From Eledone cirrhosa (Eukaryota), in NCBI GenBank assembly GCA_964016885.1, contig OZ024751.1:44764001-44828000 (forward strand): a stretch of 64,000 nucleotides of DNA, in the 5' to 3' direction. Under the pieces are notes generated by a model that did no database searches, was not told the origin of the DNA, and saw nothing but the letters and a program-made list of their open reading frames with translations. A program made the translations under genes and the position numbers. Of this stretch, positions 16,840-30,132 are shown piece by piece. How positions within the stretch are numbered: position 1 is the stretch's first letter; every line of letters begins with the position of its first letter.

Positions 16840-16887
16840 TATATATATACATATATATATATATATGTATATATATGTATATATATA

Positions 16888-16929
<42 letters not shown>

Positions 16930-16934
<5 letters not shown>

Positions 16935-17530
16935 CATAAAACATGTCTATAGAGTCACCAGATAAAATATGTACCGTTCCCTCTCCCAATTAGCATAATT
17001 AACCATATATAAAATCGATTAGACCAAGCTATAAGAATAAAGGCTTCTATGAAGAAATCTCCGACAAATAACCGATCACTTTGGAAAATTAATTGTCTAA
17101 ATTTGAGCTAACTCCTGAAGAGTCAGGTGCTCCAGATGTCCAATGTTATCGGATATCTTAAAATGCGGACGAAACCATGGTAGAGTTAACTAAATATGTT
17201 CACTTTTCTCCTAGTTTATTTTACACCTAATTCTGTTTAGTTGACTGTATATCTGGACGATTTATACACGCTGTCGAAATACTCGATAAATACTCCGTCG
17301 CAACCGCCGCGAAGGGCTGCTTTCGGTTATTTGTCGGAGATTTCTTCATAGAAGCCTTTATTCTTATAGCTTGGTCTAATCGATTTTTTATATGGTTAAT
17401 TATGCTAATTGGGAGAGGAAACGGTATATATTTTATCTGGTGATTCTATAGACATGTTTTATGATATATAGCTCTGATTATTTAATTTATTAACTCTTCA
17501 TTGAGCCACAAAGTGACCCGTTGCAAAACA
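16930..17530 (+). mobile_element. Inverted-repeat element with hammerhead at 17106-17191 between the arms
   Basis: Arms 16930-17075 and 17323-17470; AGCTAACTC-CTGAAGA-GTC..GAC-GAAA-CCATGGTA-GAGTTAACT; flanked by (TA)n. Confidence 0.8.
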
Positions 17531-17589
17531 TATATATATATATATATATATAGAAAGATTTGAATGGATACAGTTTAGTTGAAAGGAAT

Positions 17590-17710
17590 TTATTGACACG
17601 TGTTTCTATAACAGTTACATAACCTGAAAACAGCTGCTATCTACAAAGTATTAGTTATGCAGACAATCAATATTTCAATGTTATTATTTACTGTCATTTC
17701 ATCAGAATAA
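17590..17710 (-). ncRNA. Type I hammerhead with extended helix II
   Basis: Minus strand: TTATT-CTGATGA-AATGACAG...CTGTTATA-GAAA-CACGTGTC-AATAA; palindromic ACACGTGT helix III; GUC site. Confidence 0.7.
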
Positions 17711-18258
17711 TATTACTGAGGACCTGTTTGGTTTTTATAGAGAATATTAGGAGAGAGGGGTGAAGTTGTTAGAAGAATAGTTGAGGGAGTGGTTTTTTGA
17801 TAGCAGTGAGAATTTTTGGTGGCAGTGAGTAATTAGATTCCCATCTGTTGTTTTGACATTTTTATAGAATATATTATTGGTTATTTTTCTAAATCAATAG
17901 AGGGATTAGAGATAGTAAAGATATGCGTGGTTGGTTTTGCGTTTGCACTTAATTAACATTCAGACTTAAATTTTTTCTTTCCAGTGTACGTATCCTTTCA
18001 CCCACGCATTCTCACACAAACATATTTGCACCCCTCTACAAACTACATATACTCACATTCACATAGTAACATGTTCATACTTACATACATATACACATGC
18101 ATACATATATATATACACACATGTATTCATGTACATACATACGCGTTCATGTGTGTACATTTTCATACTCAACTTATCTTTATATACACACGTATAGACA
18201 CACACATATATACATACATACTCTAGTCTATGTGTATATATATACATATACATATATA

Positions 18259-18292
<34 letters not shown>

Positions 18293-18493
18293 CACTTTAA
18301 TACATGAATACACTTACATCTAACTATACACATCAAACATATATATATATTTACTTATTTATATACATTTTCACATATATATACATAATTATGGTCGCTT
18401 TTAGACACATTCATTATCGCATTTTTGCCCCTATTCTCATCAGCATATCTTTCCATTATTAGTGTGGTAATTTGAGGTTATTAATATACATAT

Positions 18494-19025
18494 ATAGGAA
18501 AACAAAGTCAAGATAAATTAATAAAATCAATGAAATAAAAACAAAGAACAAGTTCCTTATATTAAAAAATTCATCATTTTACGATCGTTTCTAGGATGTA
18601 TATGTGTGTTGGTATGTATATCATATAGATCTATGTAAAAATATTACAAATTATCAGAGGAAATATACATACCTTCACATATACATGGTGTCTTCAGAAA
18701 TGATCATTTCTGAAGACACCATGTATATGTGAAGGTATGTATATTTCTTCTGATAATTTGTAATATTTTTACATAGATCTATATGATATACATACCAACA
18801 CACATATACATCCTAGAAACGATCGTAAAATGATGAATTTTTTAATATAAGGAACTTGTTCTTTGTTTTTATTTCATTGATTTTATTAATTTATCTTGAC
18901 TTTGTTTTCCTATGATTTTCATCGAAAATTTTTGAAAGCATCTTCTCTTTTCATGATATTAGGATTACATTGAGTTCTTCATACGGATCGGACGCTACCG
19001 TATATTTTGGTAGATTTATCTACAT
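18494..19025 (+). mobile_element. ~420-bp near-perfect palindrome plus tail, with a hammerhead-like motif at 18703-18834
   Basis: Arms 18494-18703 and 18704-18913; ATCATTT-CTGAAGA-(~100 nt helix II)-GAAA-CGATCGTA-AAATGAT; the base of helix II is imperfect. Confidence 0.75.
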
Positions 19026-19026
19026 A

Positions 19027-19083
<57 letters not shown>

Positions 19084-19200
19084 CATTTGTTCAAAATACC
19101 ACGCAGCTGGATTGAACGCAGAACCCCTTGACATGCAGTATTTAATTTTGCCTTTCGGTAACTTAATTATTAGCTACACACTGGGATCGATTAAATAGAC

Positions 19201-19397
19201 TAATAATTGTTTCTACTTTAGGCACAAGGCCAGCAATTACCCAGTGTATTACTGGTACTTTATTTTATCGACCCCGTAAGGATGAAAGGCAAAGTCAACC
19301 TCGGCGGGATTTGAACTCAGATCGTAAAGGGCCGTAACTCTTTGCTGCAAAGCATGGCGTCCGACTCTCTACTGATACTGCCAATCCACCGCCTTAT

Positions 19398-19433
<36 letters not shown>

Positions 19434-19623
19434 TGTTTCTACTTTAGGCACAAGGCCAGCAATCACCCAGTGCATTACTGGTACTTTATTTTATCGACCC
19501 CGTAAGGATGAAAGGCAAAGTCAACCTCGGCGGGATTTGAACTCAGATCGTAAAGGGCCGTAACTCTTTGCTGCAAAGCATGGCGTCCGACTCTCTACTG
19601 ATACTGCCAATCCACCGCCTTAT

Positions 19624-19659
<36 letters not shown>

Positions 19660-20035
19660 TGTTTCTACTTTAGGCACAAGGCCAGCAATCACCCAGTGCA
19701 TTACTGGTACTTTATTTTATCGACCCCGTAAGGATGAAAGGCAAAGTCAACCTCGGCGGGATTTGAACTCAGATCGTAAAGGGACGTAACTATGCTGGAA
19801 AGCATGGCGTCCGACCCTCTACCGATACTGCCAATCCATTCTGATTTAGGCACAATTGTTGGGGGAGAGGAAAGTCGATTAAATCGACCCCGGTGTATTT
19901 CTGGTACTTTATTTTATCGACCCTGAAAGGATGAAAAGTGAAAGCTAACGTCGGCAGTATCTGAAATCAGAACGTAAAACGCCGTATCTCTATCAAACGA
20001 AGTATGGTGTCCATCGCTCTATCGATACCGCTAAT
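19201..20035 (-). mobile_element. Array of three young SINE copies plus one older long-form copy
   Basis: 226-bp periodicity (identical ORFs at 19342 and 19568), (AAT)n spacers. Confidence 0.9.
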
Positions 20036-20083
20036 CGATACCTGTTAAATCGATTAACAATACTAGATGCAGTATTCTTGGAG

Positions 20084-20375
20084 CTTCTTCTTCTGTTCGT
20101 ATCTTCGAAGCATGTGGTTATATGACAGTTTCCCATTTCTTTACACAGTCCTTTGCATTATTATTAAATTCTGCGAGATCTTTTAAGCTGCACTGGTTGG
20201 GCAGTAGAGGGCAAACAAGGCAGTGCTGCATCGTATGGTCCTCCTCTCCACATTCGCAGATCGTTGGGCCCTGGTCTTGTAGCCCCATCTGGCCATAGCA
20301 GCTTTTGATCGCCCCATTCCTGTTCTCAGGTGGTTGAGTGTCTTCCACTGATTACACTCTAAGACAGTGGAGAGG
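20084..20375 (-). mobile_element. Ingi/Vingi-like LINE 3' end with CCHC finger, frameshifted, (AAG)n tail
   Basis: WKTLNHLRTGMGRSKAAMARWGY followed by CECGEEDHTMQHCLVCP; clade assignment from recalled motif similarity. Confidence 0.7.
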
Positions 20376-21439
20376 GTACACATGTGGGGAGCCGTAAACA
20401 CAGGTATTATTCGCTTTCAAAGACATAATTCGGAAAAAAGAGAAAAAAAAAATAAAAGATGCCACACACATAGAAAAAGTAACAACATAGGTGGTGAGTG
20501 TTTTCAATGTGCCTCACCAAAACGCTGGTTGTGTTGAATAAAATTTAGAATAAAAAGAAAACCTGTTTACCTACCTCAACATAAACACCTAACGAAGAAG
20601 ACGAAGAAGAAGAAGAATCAGAATGCGAGAAATATTCACCCGAACAGTAAAACTATATATTATAGCAATAATATAAGACTTCTTAAATTCGCATCTGATT
20701 TTACGTATGAATAAGCTCGTTTAATGTTTATTTTCTCTCCCTTAAACCTGAGACACTCCTTCGTTCACAATAAGACATGAAGAATATAGCCTCCAAGGAC
20801 AAATGAACGAATAATATTTTTGCTAGATTCTTTTCAGAGATCGCTCTCCAGGAATAAAAAAAAATAACCAGGAATAAAAAATAAACAAATGAAAAGATAA
20901 TAGGGAATTCAAGGGCGAGGAGTTTTCTGTATTCTTCTAAAGATAGTATCATCAAATAAATGGATGCCCATATACATTAGGGCGATATCGATAGGAGAAT
21001 CTCTAAAAGACTTTTGGGTAAGTGTGTTTGTGTGAGTGTGTGTTAGTGTATGTGTATGTGTAGAATGTGTGTGTGTGTATGTGTGTATATGTGTGTGTAT
21101 GTATGTGTATGCGTGTGTGTTTGGGCTAGTTCTTTTGAGAAACTTTCTGAATATATGTACGTGCGCGTTATAATGTATATATGTATACATATATGCATAC
21201 ATATATATTTTTACATGCATACTTACAAACATACACATACACATTTAACCTGTTAGTTCTTTCGTTACTTTGGTATTGTGTGGTTGGGTTTTGCCTACCG
21301 CAATGTTCAATTTGTCAAGCTATTTAAACGTATGCTATTATTCCAAGGACCTACCCTTATTGAGTGCTTTGCTAACTCATTCCTATTGTAGGTCGACTTT
21401 GCTTGCCCACAGCCAAAGATTCGATTTTACTAAGCTTCC

Positions 21440-21479
<40 letters not shown>

Positions 21480-21792
21480 GTGAGGTTTTTTTTACAAAAT
21501 GAAAAATAACCGAGATACGTTTGTATATGTATAATAAAGCCAAAACAATGCAGGTATGGACATAGAATAAAGAATGCAAATGCAAAAGATATTGTTGAAA
21601 ATTAGTCTTTTACCTTAGATTTATTTAAATGTCCTTAATTTTCGAGATAATATCTCTTCTTCGGAGGGAAGTAAAGCGGTTAAACCAGTGTTCTAAATAG
21701 CTTGCCAAGTCATGCTGACAGGAAATGGTATAGAGTAGCTGTTCTATCTCTAATGTCAAAGACTTAAGGTTAGGTGGATAAAGAGTAGTCTC

Positions 21793-21905
<113 letters not shown>

Positions 21906-21964
21906 TATATATTATAATGAAATGACAGGAGGCTGGACTTGTGTAAATCCTTGAAAGGTTTATT

Positions 21965-22021
21965 ATACTATGATATTTCAATGACCGGGTTCCGTATGAA
22001 TCCGGTGATATCATCAGGTAT
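21965..22021 (-). ncRNA. Minimal type I hammerhead in a (TA)n-embedded element (21905-22075)
   Basis: Minus strand: ATAC-CTGATGA-TAT-C-ACCGGATTC..GAACCCGGT-C-ATT-GAAA-TATCATA-GTAT. Confidence 0.7.
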
Positions 22022-22072
22022 TCGAAGTATAATAAGTGAATGTAATAGATAAAATCCATGGGGCTGAAAATC

Positions 22073-22146
<74 letters not shown>

Positions 22147-22244
22147 GAATATCTGAGTAGACCACTCGTTATTCCCAAATCGATTTTAATTAAATAAACC
22201 AGTTTATGGCTTGACATCGATCATTGATCAGGAAACCCCGAAAC

Positions 22245-22440
22245 GATTATGGTGGGGTAGTGTTACCAGAAATTATGGTGGGGTAGTGTACGAGAAGTTG
22301 TGATGGGGGGGGGGGTAGTGTACCAGAAATTATGGTGGGGTAGTGTACCAGAAATTATGGTGGGGTAGTGTACGAGAAGTTGTGATGGGGGGGGGTAGTG
22401 TACCAGAAATTATGGTGGGTGGGAGGTGTACCAGAAACTT
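22245..22440. repeat. ~25-bp G-rich minisatellite (CCAGAAATTATGGTGGGGTAGTGTA)
   Basis: About 7 degenerate units with G-runs. Confidence 0.8.
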
Positions 22441-22770
22441 TGCCATCGTTAGAATAGGAGAGAGAGAGAAAATGTATGAAGACGATGATGATGGTGATGG
22501 TGATGGTGATGATGATGGTGATGATGATGAGGAGGAGGAGGAGGAGGAGCAGGAGGACGATGAGGATGATGAGGATGATGATGACGATGATGATGATGAC
22601 GATGATGACGATGATGATGAAGACGATGATGACGATGATGATGACGATGATGATGATGAGGAGGAGGAGGAGGGGGAGGAGGAGGAGGAGCAGGAAATGA
22701 GTGAAGTGTAAGTGACATCACACAATCAAGAATCAGTTACAAAGATCTAAGAACATCACGAGGTGAGGTA

Positions 22771-22833
<63 letters not shown>

Positions 22834-22989
22834 AAATAAACATAATTCATTTCTGTTTATTTTTGTGGTATCTCGTTCCATTTGTGGACGAGAATTGGTT
22901 AGAATCTCGCCGGGAAGGATGAGGATCTCAGTGTGTGAGATTCTTTAGATGTGGTTAGAATAACGTAGCATTCACAGTAATACGGTCAA

Positions 22990-24015
22990 CACCCTACCAT
23001 CGCCGCCACCACCATCACCACCACCACCATAGTCGCCACCACCACCACCACCACCACCACCACCTGCTCCACCACCATCACTACCACCTGCTCCACCACC
23101 ACCACCGTCACCACCACCACCACCACCACCACCACCACCATCACTACCACCACCACCATCACTACCACCGCCATCACTAACACCTGCACCACCACCACCA
23201 CCGTCACCACCACCACCACCACCACCACCACCACCACCGCCATCACTACCACCACCACCATCACTACCACCGCCATCACTACCACCACCACCATCTCTAC
23301 CACCACCATCACTAACACCTGCACCACCACCACCACCGTCATCACCACCACCGTCATCACCACCACCATCACCACCACCACCACCACCGCCATCACTACC
23401 ACCTGCTCCACCACCACCACCGTCATCACCACCACCACCACCACCACCACTACCACCACCACCACCACGACCACCACCACCGTCATCACCACCACCACCG
23501 CCATCACTACCACCACCACCAACACTACCATCACTACCACCACCACCACCACCACAACCACCATCACTACCACCACCACCACCACAACAACAACCGCCAT
23601 CACTACCACCGCCATCACTACCACCACCACCATCTCTACCACCACCATCACTAACACCTGCACCACCACCACCACCGTCATCACCACCACCGTCATCACC
23701 ACCACCATCACTACCACCACCATCACTACCACCACCATCACTACCACCACCACCACCATCACTACCACCACCATCACTACCACCACCAGCACTACCACCA
23801 CCACCATCACCATCACCACCATCACTACCACCACCACCACCACCACTACCACCACCACCACCACCACCACTACCACCACCACTACCACCACCACCACCAC
23901 CACCACTACCACCACCACTACCACCACCACCACCACCGCCACCACCACCACCACCACCACCACCACCACTACCACCATCACTACCACTACCACCACCACC
24001 ACCATCACCATCACT
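22990..24015. repeat. Degenerate (ACC)n trinucleotide array with higher-order duplication
   Basis: ~1 kb of ACC/ATC/ACT units; source of the spurious poly-Val ORF. Confidence 0.95.
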
Positions 24016-24179
24016 AACTGCTTTCCTTAACGGGATCTACTGAAGATCCTTTGGGATTCTTTGCTCAAACTTTAATCTGTTATTTTAATAAATATTTGCT
24101 CTACGGTTCTTATATATTTCATATATATTTATCCATATCGAGCCCTCTTTGAATTTATTATTCACATTCATTATTATTA

Positions 24180-24262
<83 letters not shown>

Positions 24263-24265
<3 letters not shown>

Positions 24266-24670
24266 CAGCACAGACTCCACTACAGCAATGAAGAGGCGGA
24301 TTTTCAGGTCTCTACGAAGGTCCGACTTCCACACCGATCTCAAGCTGTGACACGCCGCCCAGGCCTTGCTCTTCCTCTCAACCACATCATCTTCCGTATT
24401 CCCAATCTTTGCTCCCAAATACAGGAAGTCCTCAACCAATTCCAGCGGCTTCCCGCCTACATTAGTGATCCCCTCTGGCTTCTCAATATTCTGCTTTGGG
24501 AGCCCCTACATGAACACACTAGAAGAGGAAGACCAAGGTTAACATATGTTGATGCCCTAAGGACAGACACTGGTCTGTTGGAGATGCAGGATATGGCAGC
24601 GATAATGAGGGACAGAGACCGCTGGAGAGAACTCGTCCATGGATCTCGGGAATTTTACCCGCCTTAGATA
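24263..24670. mobile_element. RTE-clade LINE 3' fragment with 5' inversion
   Basis: Minus: VEDFLYLGA..RKSKAWAACHSLRSVWKS..ESVLLY. Plus: LLWEP...RRGRPRLTYVD..DRDRWR. Confidence 0.82.
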
Positions 24671-24837
24671 GATATATATATATTTAGTGATGTAATAAAC
24701 ATAAGATAATTATTTCATTTACCAGTGGTTTCTTGAAGACATATGTTTTGTCTGTCTTCAGTCGTGAGAATGAATAAAATACATGGTGTATTTATTAAAT
24801 ATGGATTTTTCCTGTACCTTTCTGACGGAAATACTTC

Positions 24838-25487
<650 letters not shown>

Positions 25488-25650
25488 AGTTTACTATATC
25501 GTAATATAATCTAATAAAATAATATAATATATGATACACAAATATAACAATAATATATAATATAACACAATAGCATATACTATAATATGATATAATATAA
25601 TAAAGTATAGTATAATATAGTATAATATAACATAACATAATATATATATA

Positions 25651-25841
25651 TAATTGTTTCTACTTTTGGCACAAGGCCAGCAATAACCCAGTGCATAACT
25701 GGTACTTTATTTTATGGACCCCGTAAGGATGATAGGCAAAGTTAACCTCGGCGGGATTTGAACTCAGAATGTCAAGGGCCGTAACGCTATGCGTCAAAGC
25801 ATGGCGTTCGACCCTCTACCGATACTGCCAATCCACCGCCA
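25651..25841 (-). mobile_element. tRNA-SINE copy (further minus copies at 26358-26548, 30152-30310, 34058-34221, 35588-35720, 46738-46928)
   Basis: Reverse complement of the SINE consensus. Confidence 0.85.
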
Positions 25842-26548
25842 TTTATATATAATATAATATATTCTGGTAAAATTGTTTAAATATCTGCCGTGGCAACTGC
25901 AGAAAATACAGAAAATAAACGTATTTAGTTTTGAATTCTTTTCTCAAGTTTAATATCCACCAATTTGACATCCATCAAGACAGCACCTCCTCTAGAACTA
26001 TAATGTTCCTATAGAAATCCGACGAAACTACCTCCCAAACAAACCCACAACTACCAGCCTCCTAGACATCCCAAGCAAAAATATCTAACCATCTAAACTA
26101 ATCCTGCTTGACATTTATTGACAGGGCCCCTGCCTAAATTAAAAATGACCTATCCCATTAATTTTTTTCTCTGTTCAGTCCTTATTATTACTGACTTTTC
26201 CTTTCTCCTTCAAAAATTCCCAGCCAAAAGGTTATGTCACTCAAACCCCAGCTCCCATATCAACAGTTTTGCCCATTTTGTGTCGCTTAGTTTGGATTCA
26301 AGTGAAAAAAATAATAATAATAAATTTAAAAAAAAAAAAAAAAATAATAATAATAATAATAATTGTTTCTACTTTAGGCACAAGGCCAGCAATTACCCAG
26401 TACATTACTGGTACTTTATTTTATTGACCCCGTAAGGATGAAAGGCAAAGTTAACCTCGGCGGGATTTGAACTCAGATCGTAAAGGGACGTAACTATGCT
26501 AGAAAGCATGGCGTCCAACCCTCTACCGACACTGCCAATTCACCGCCC

Positions 26549-26581
<33 letters not shown>

Positions 26582-27287
26582 CTTTCTTTATTAACCACAA
26601 GGGTCTACATAAAGTAGACATTAAGGACAGTACAGGACAATACAGGGCGGTACAAATGGGCATTTCTGCGTGTAAAAAACAAAATAATAATAATAACAAA
26701 GAGGATAAATAAGGAAGAAGAACAGCTACAATAATGACAACAACAACAACAACAACACCACCACCAACAACAACAACAAGGACAACAACAATAACAACAA
26801 CAATAACGACAACAACGACCACAGCAACAACAACAACAATAACGACGACAACAACACCAACAACACCAACAACAACAACAACAACACCAACACCAACGAC
26901 AACAACACAAACAACACCAACAACACCAACAACAACACCAACAACAACAACGACGACAACAACAACAACAACAACCGTTTACCTTCAAATTGCCGCCGAG
27001 TATCTAAATAACTGGATTGTGACAAAACTCTGAAATTCTACAAATTCTTTCTAGTTTACCATTTCTCGCGTGGAACTTCCGTATTGGGTCTGACAATGGT
27101 AACCAGGTTAGCCAACATCTCTACCCTAACAACCTGAACATACTGCACCCTACCGTTTCATCGGAACAAACGACATCGCCATCACCGCCGTCATCGTCTT
27201 CGTAGTGATACATCATCATTATCATCATCATCAACATCATTATCTCCATCATCATCATCATCATCGTGAATAATTATTTTTATTAGA

Positions 27288-27632
27288 GGAGTTGCACCCC
27301 TGGCAGTGGAGACTTCTGGTGTCCTCGGCCCCAGGGCTACCTCCCTACTCACCACCATAGGCGCTGAGCTGGCCAGCCGCAGGGGTGAGTCCCGCCAGTT
27401 GGAGTGGCTTTTCCAGCGCGTCTCCCTTGCCGTCCTCCGGGGAAACGCCTTCTCCATTCTGTCCACGCCGGGGCTGTGACGGCGGGGGCGGGGTATGTGT
27501 GGATGTAGGGGGGGGGGCTTCACATCGCGTATCATTCCATATTTAGTTGTGGTCGGCCTGTGTGTGTGTGTATGTATATATCGCTTTTGTTTTAAGTCAG
27601 CATCATGTCATTGTTCATTGCTTTTCACTAAT
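27288..27632 (+). mobile_element. CRE-like (restriction-like endonuclease) non-LTR retrotransposon 3' end
   Basis: 27288-27479 translates as GVAPLAVETSGVLGPRATSLLTTIGAELASRRGESRQLEWLFQRVSLAVLRGNAFSILSTPGL*; absent from the ORF track. Confidence 0.78.
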
Positions 27633-28021
27633 AATTGTTTCTACTTTAGGCACAAGGCCAGCAATTACTCAGTGTATTACTGGTACTTTATTTTATCGAC
27701 CCCGTAAGGACGAAAGGCAAAGTTGACCTCAGCGGGATTTGAACTCAGAATGGCAAGGGCCGTAACTCTCTGCATCAAAGCATGGCGTCTGACCCTCTAC
27801 CGATACTGCCAATCCACCGCCCTAGAATATAATAATTGTTTCTACTTTAGGCACAAGGCCAGCAATTACCCAGTGCATTACTGGTACTTTATTTTATCGA
27901 CCCCGTAAGGATGAAAGGCAAAGTCAACCTCGGCGGGATTTGAACTCAGATCGTAAAGGGACGTAACTATGCTTCAAATCATGGCGTCCGACCCTCCACC
28001 GATACTGCCAATACACCGCCA
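27630..28021 (-). mobile_element. Two tandem tRNA-SINE copies
   Basis: Reverse complement of the SINE consensus, twice. Confidence 0.88.
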
Positions 28022-28044
28022 ATTGCTTTTCTCTAATAATCAAT

Positions 28045-28178
28045 GTCATCATTGCCGTCGTCATCACATACACCTGTGTTGGTGTTGTCCTCAATACCAT
28101 CATCATCATCATCATTGTCATCATTGTCATTGTCATCGTCTTCGTAGTGATAATCATCATCATCATCATCATCATAAA

Positions 28179-28212
<34 letters not shown>

Positions 28213-28308
28213 GTCGTCGTGGTCGTCATCAAATACAACAGTATTGGTATTGTCATCATCAATACCATCATCATCATCATCATCATTATCATCATCACAA
28301 CCACAACT

Positions 28309-28342
<34 letters not shown>

Positions 28343-28876
28343 ACAGCAATATAACCACCACCACCACCACCACCGCCACCACCACCGCCACCACCGCCAC
28401 CACCACAATCAATATCTTCATCAGCACCATCGTCACCATCACAACCGCCACCACCACCATTAATATCCTCCTCCTCATCATCATCATCTCCACCAACATC
28501 TTCATCATCTATCAATCCATGTATACGAATTGCATGGGACTCTTCTTCTTCTACTACTACTACTACTACTAGTACTACTACCACTACTACTGCTACTGCT
28601 GCTGCTGCTGCTACTACTACTACCACCACTACTACTACCACCACTACTACCACTACCACAACTACTACTATTACTATTACTACTACTACTACTACCACTA
28701 CTACTTCCACTACTACTACTACCACCACTACTACTACTACCACTACTACTACCACTACTACTACTACCACTACTACCACCACTACTACCACCTCCTACTA
28801 CTACTACTACTACTACCACCACTACTACTACCACCACTACTACTACTACTACCACCACTACTACCACCTCCTCCTC

Positions 28877-28925
<49 letters not shown>

Positions 28926-28956
28926 CACTACCACTACCACCACTACTATTACTACT

Positions 28957-29007
<51 letters not shown>
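28045..29007. repeat. Compound (ATC)n/(ACC)n/(ACT)n microsatellite
   Basis: Read directly from the sequence. Confidence 0.95.
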
Positions 29008-29649
29008 GTAGACTTTTAACACATATATTTCCTAATCTCCTGACTCATGTAATATTTAAAAATAAAAATATCCTTTTCGCCATATTCTCCCCGTGGCGTG
29101 GCTGAGATATGTTTAGCCAATGCTGAGAAATTCCTTTTTTATTTCCTTTTTAACTTTTTTAATTTTTCCTTTATGAATTATTAATATTTTTTAAAAATTT
29201 AAGTTCAGCTGTATAAATTCGAAAAATAGCCAGGTCACTCCACCCCCACCAGACACACACACACCATTCCACAGGTAGAAATAGCTTGCTGTTTGTGTTT
29301 TGTGTGTGTTTGTTATTTACATTGATAGCAGGGCTTGTAGGTTTAATGTCTTTATCCGACTTCTATAAATTAGTTTATAGCAACTGACTGTAATTGCTGT
29401 TGTTTTCTGCATCTGACCTTACTACATCTTCTTATGAATTTATTTCCTCAGCGCTTTGTAACTTCAAAAAATTCGAGCTTCACACTTGGCGTCTGTTTAT
29501 GTTTTGTTATGTCTCAGTGTTCTGTGGATTGAATTGTATCAACGTTAATTTACAGAAACCTCACTGATTTCCAGAAGTTGACGAAGAAGATAGGACTATT
29601 CGCCTTTCCATTGTTTTTTCCATTGTCTTTGTCCTGTGAGCCCCCTATT

Positions 29650-29690
<41 letters not shown>

Positions 29691-29691
<1 letters not shown>

Positions 29692-29889
29692 GTTATTCCG
29701 GGTTGAATCGGAGGTAACCACAGTAAGTAAGGTACTCAATACATAGCAGAGTATAATAGTTTTAATATAGATGAGATTCTACAGGACTAGAACTGTTTCA
29801 TTCATTAGAAATCATCAGGAATCTCATGATGATTTCTAATGAATGAAACAGTTCTAGTCCTGTAGAATCTCATCTATATTAAAACTATA
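29691..29889 (-). mobile_element. Fold-back element family H5 with hammerhead at 29772-29826
   Basis: Minus strand: TGAGATTC-CTGATGA-TTTCTAATGAAT-GAAA-CAG-TTCTAGTC-CTGTA-GAATCTCA; related copies at 31.3, 42.0 and 61.35 kb. Confidence 0.75.
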
Positions 29890-30064
29890 TATATATATAT
29901 ATAGAAGTGGTTACACAACAGTTAGTTCACCATACCGAGAACAATTGTTTCACCTTAGCGGATACTCAGCTCGTAATCGGATTCTACCTAACCACTTCTA
30001 CCTAACTCGTCCCATGGACTGAGTGCTCTACCGCTACGGATATTACCTTCCAGTGTTCTACCAC

Positions 30065-30132
<68 letters not shown>

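Noticed and set aside
17900-17985. Possible degenerate PLE C-terminus (KSE..KCK.K) upstream of the 17.6 kb hammerhead
   Set aside because: Requires frameshifts and is too short to support.
18390-18445. Minus-strand CTGATGA
   Set aside because: No correctly placed GAAA or helices.
19201-19840. CRISPR-like or tRNA-gene interpretation of regular repeats and A/B boxes
   Set aside because: Units are whole SINE copies with no unique spacers and no complete cloverleaf; the context is eukaryotic.
22986-24014. 342-aa poly-Val ORF, and poly-His/Thr/Asp ORFs at 22.3, 26.6 and 28 kb
   Set aside because: Trinucleotide repeat arrays with no splice or domain evidence.
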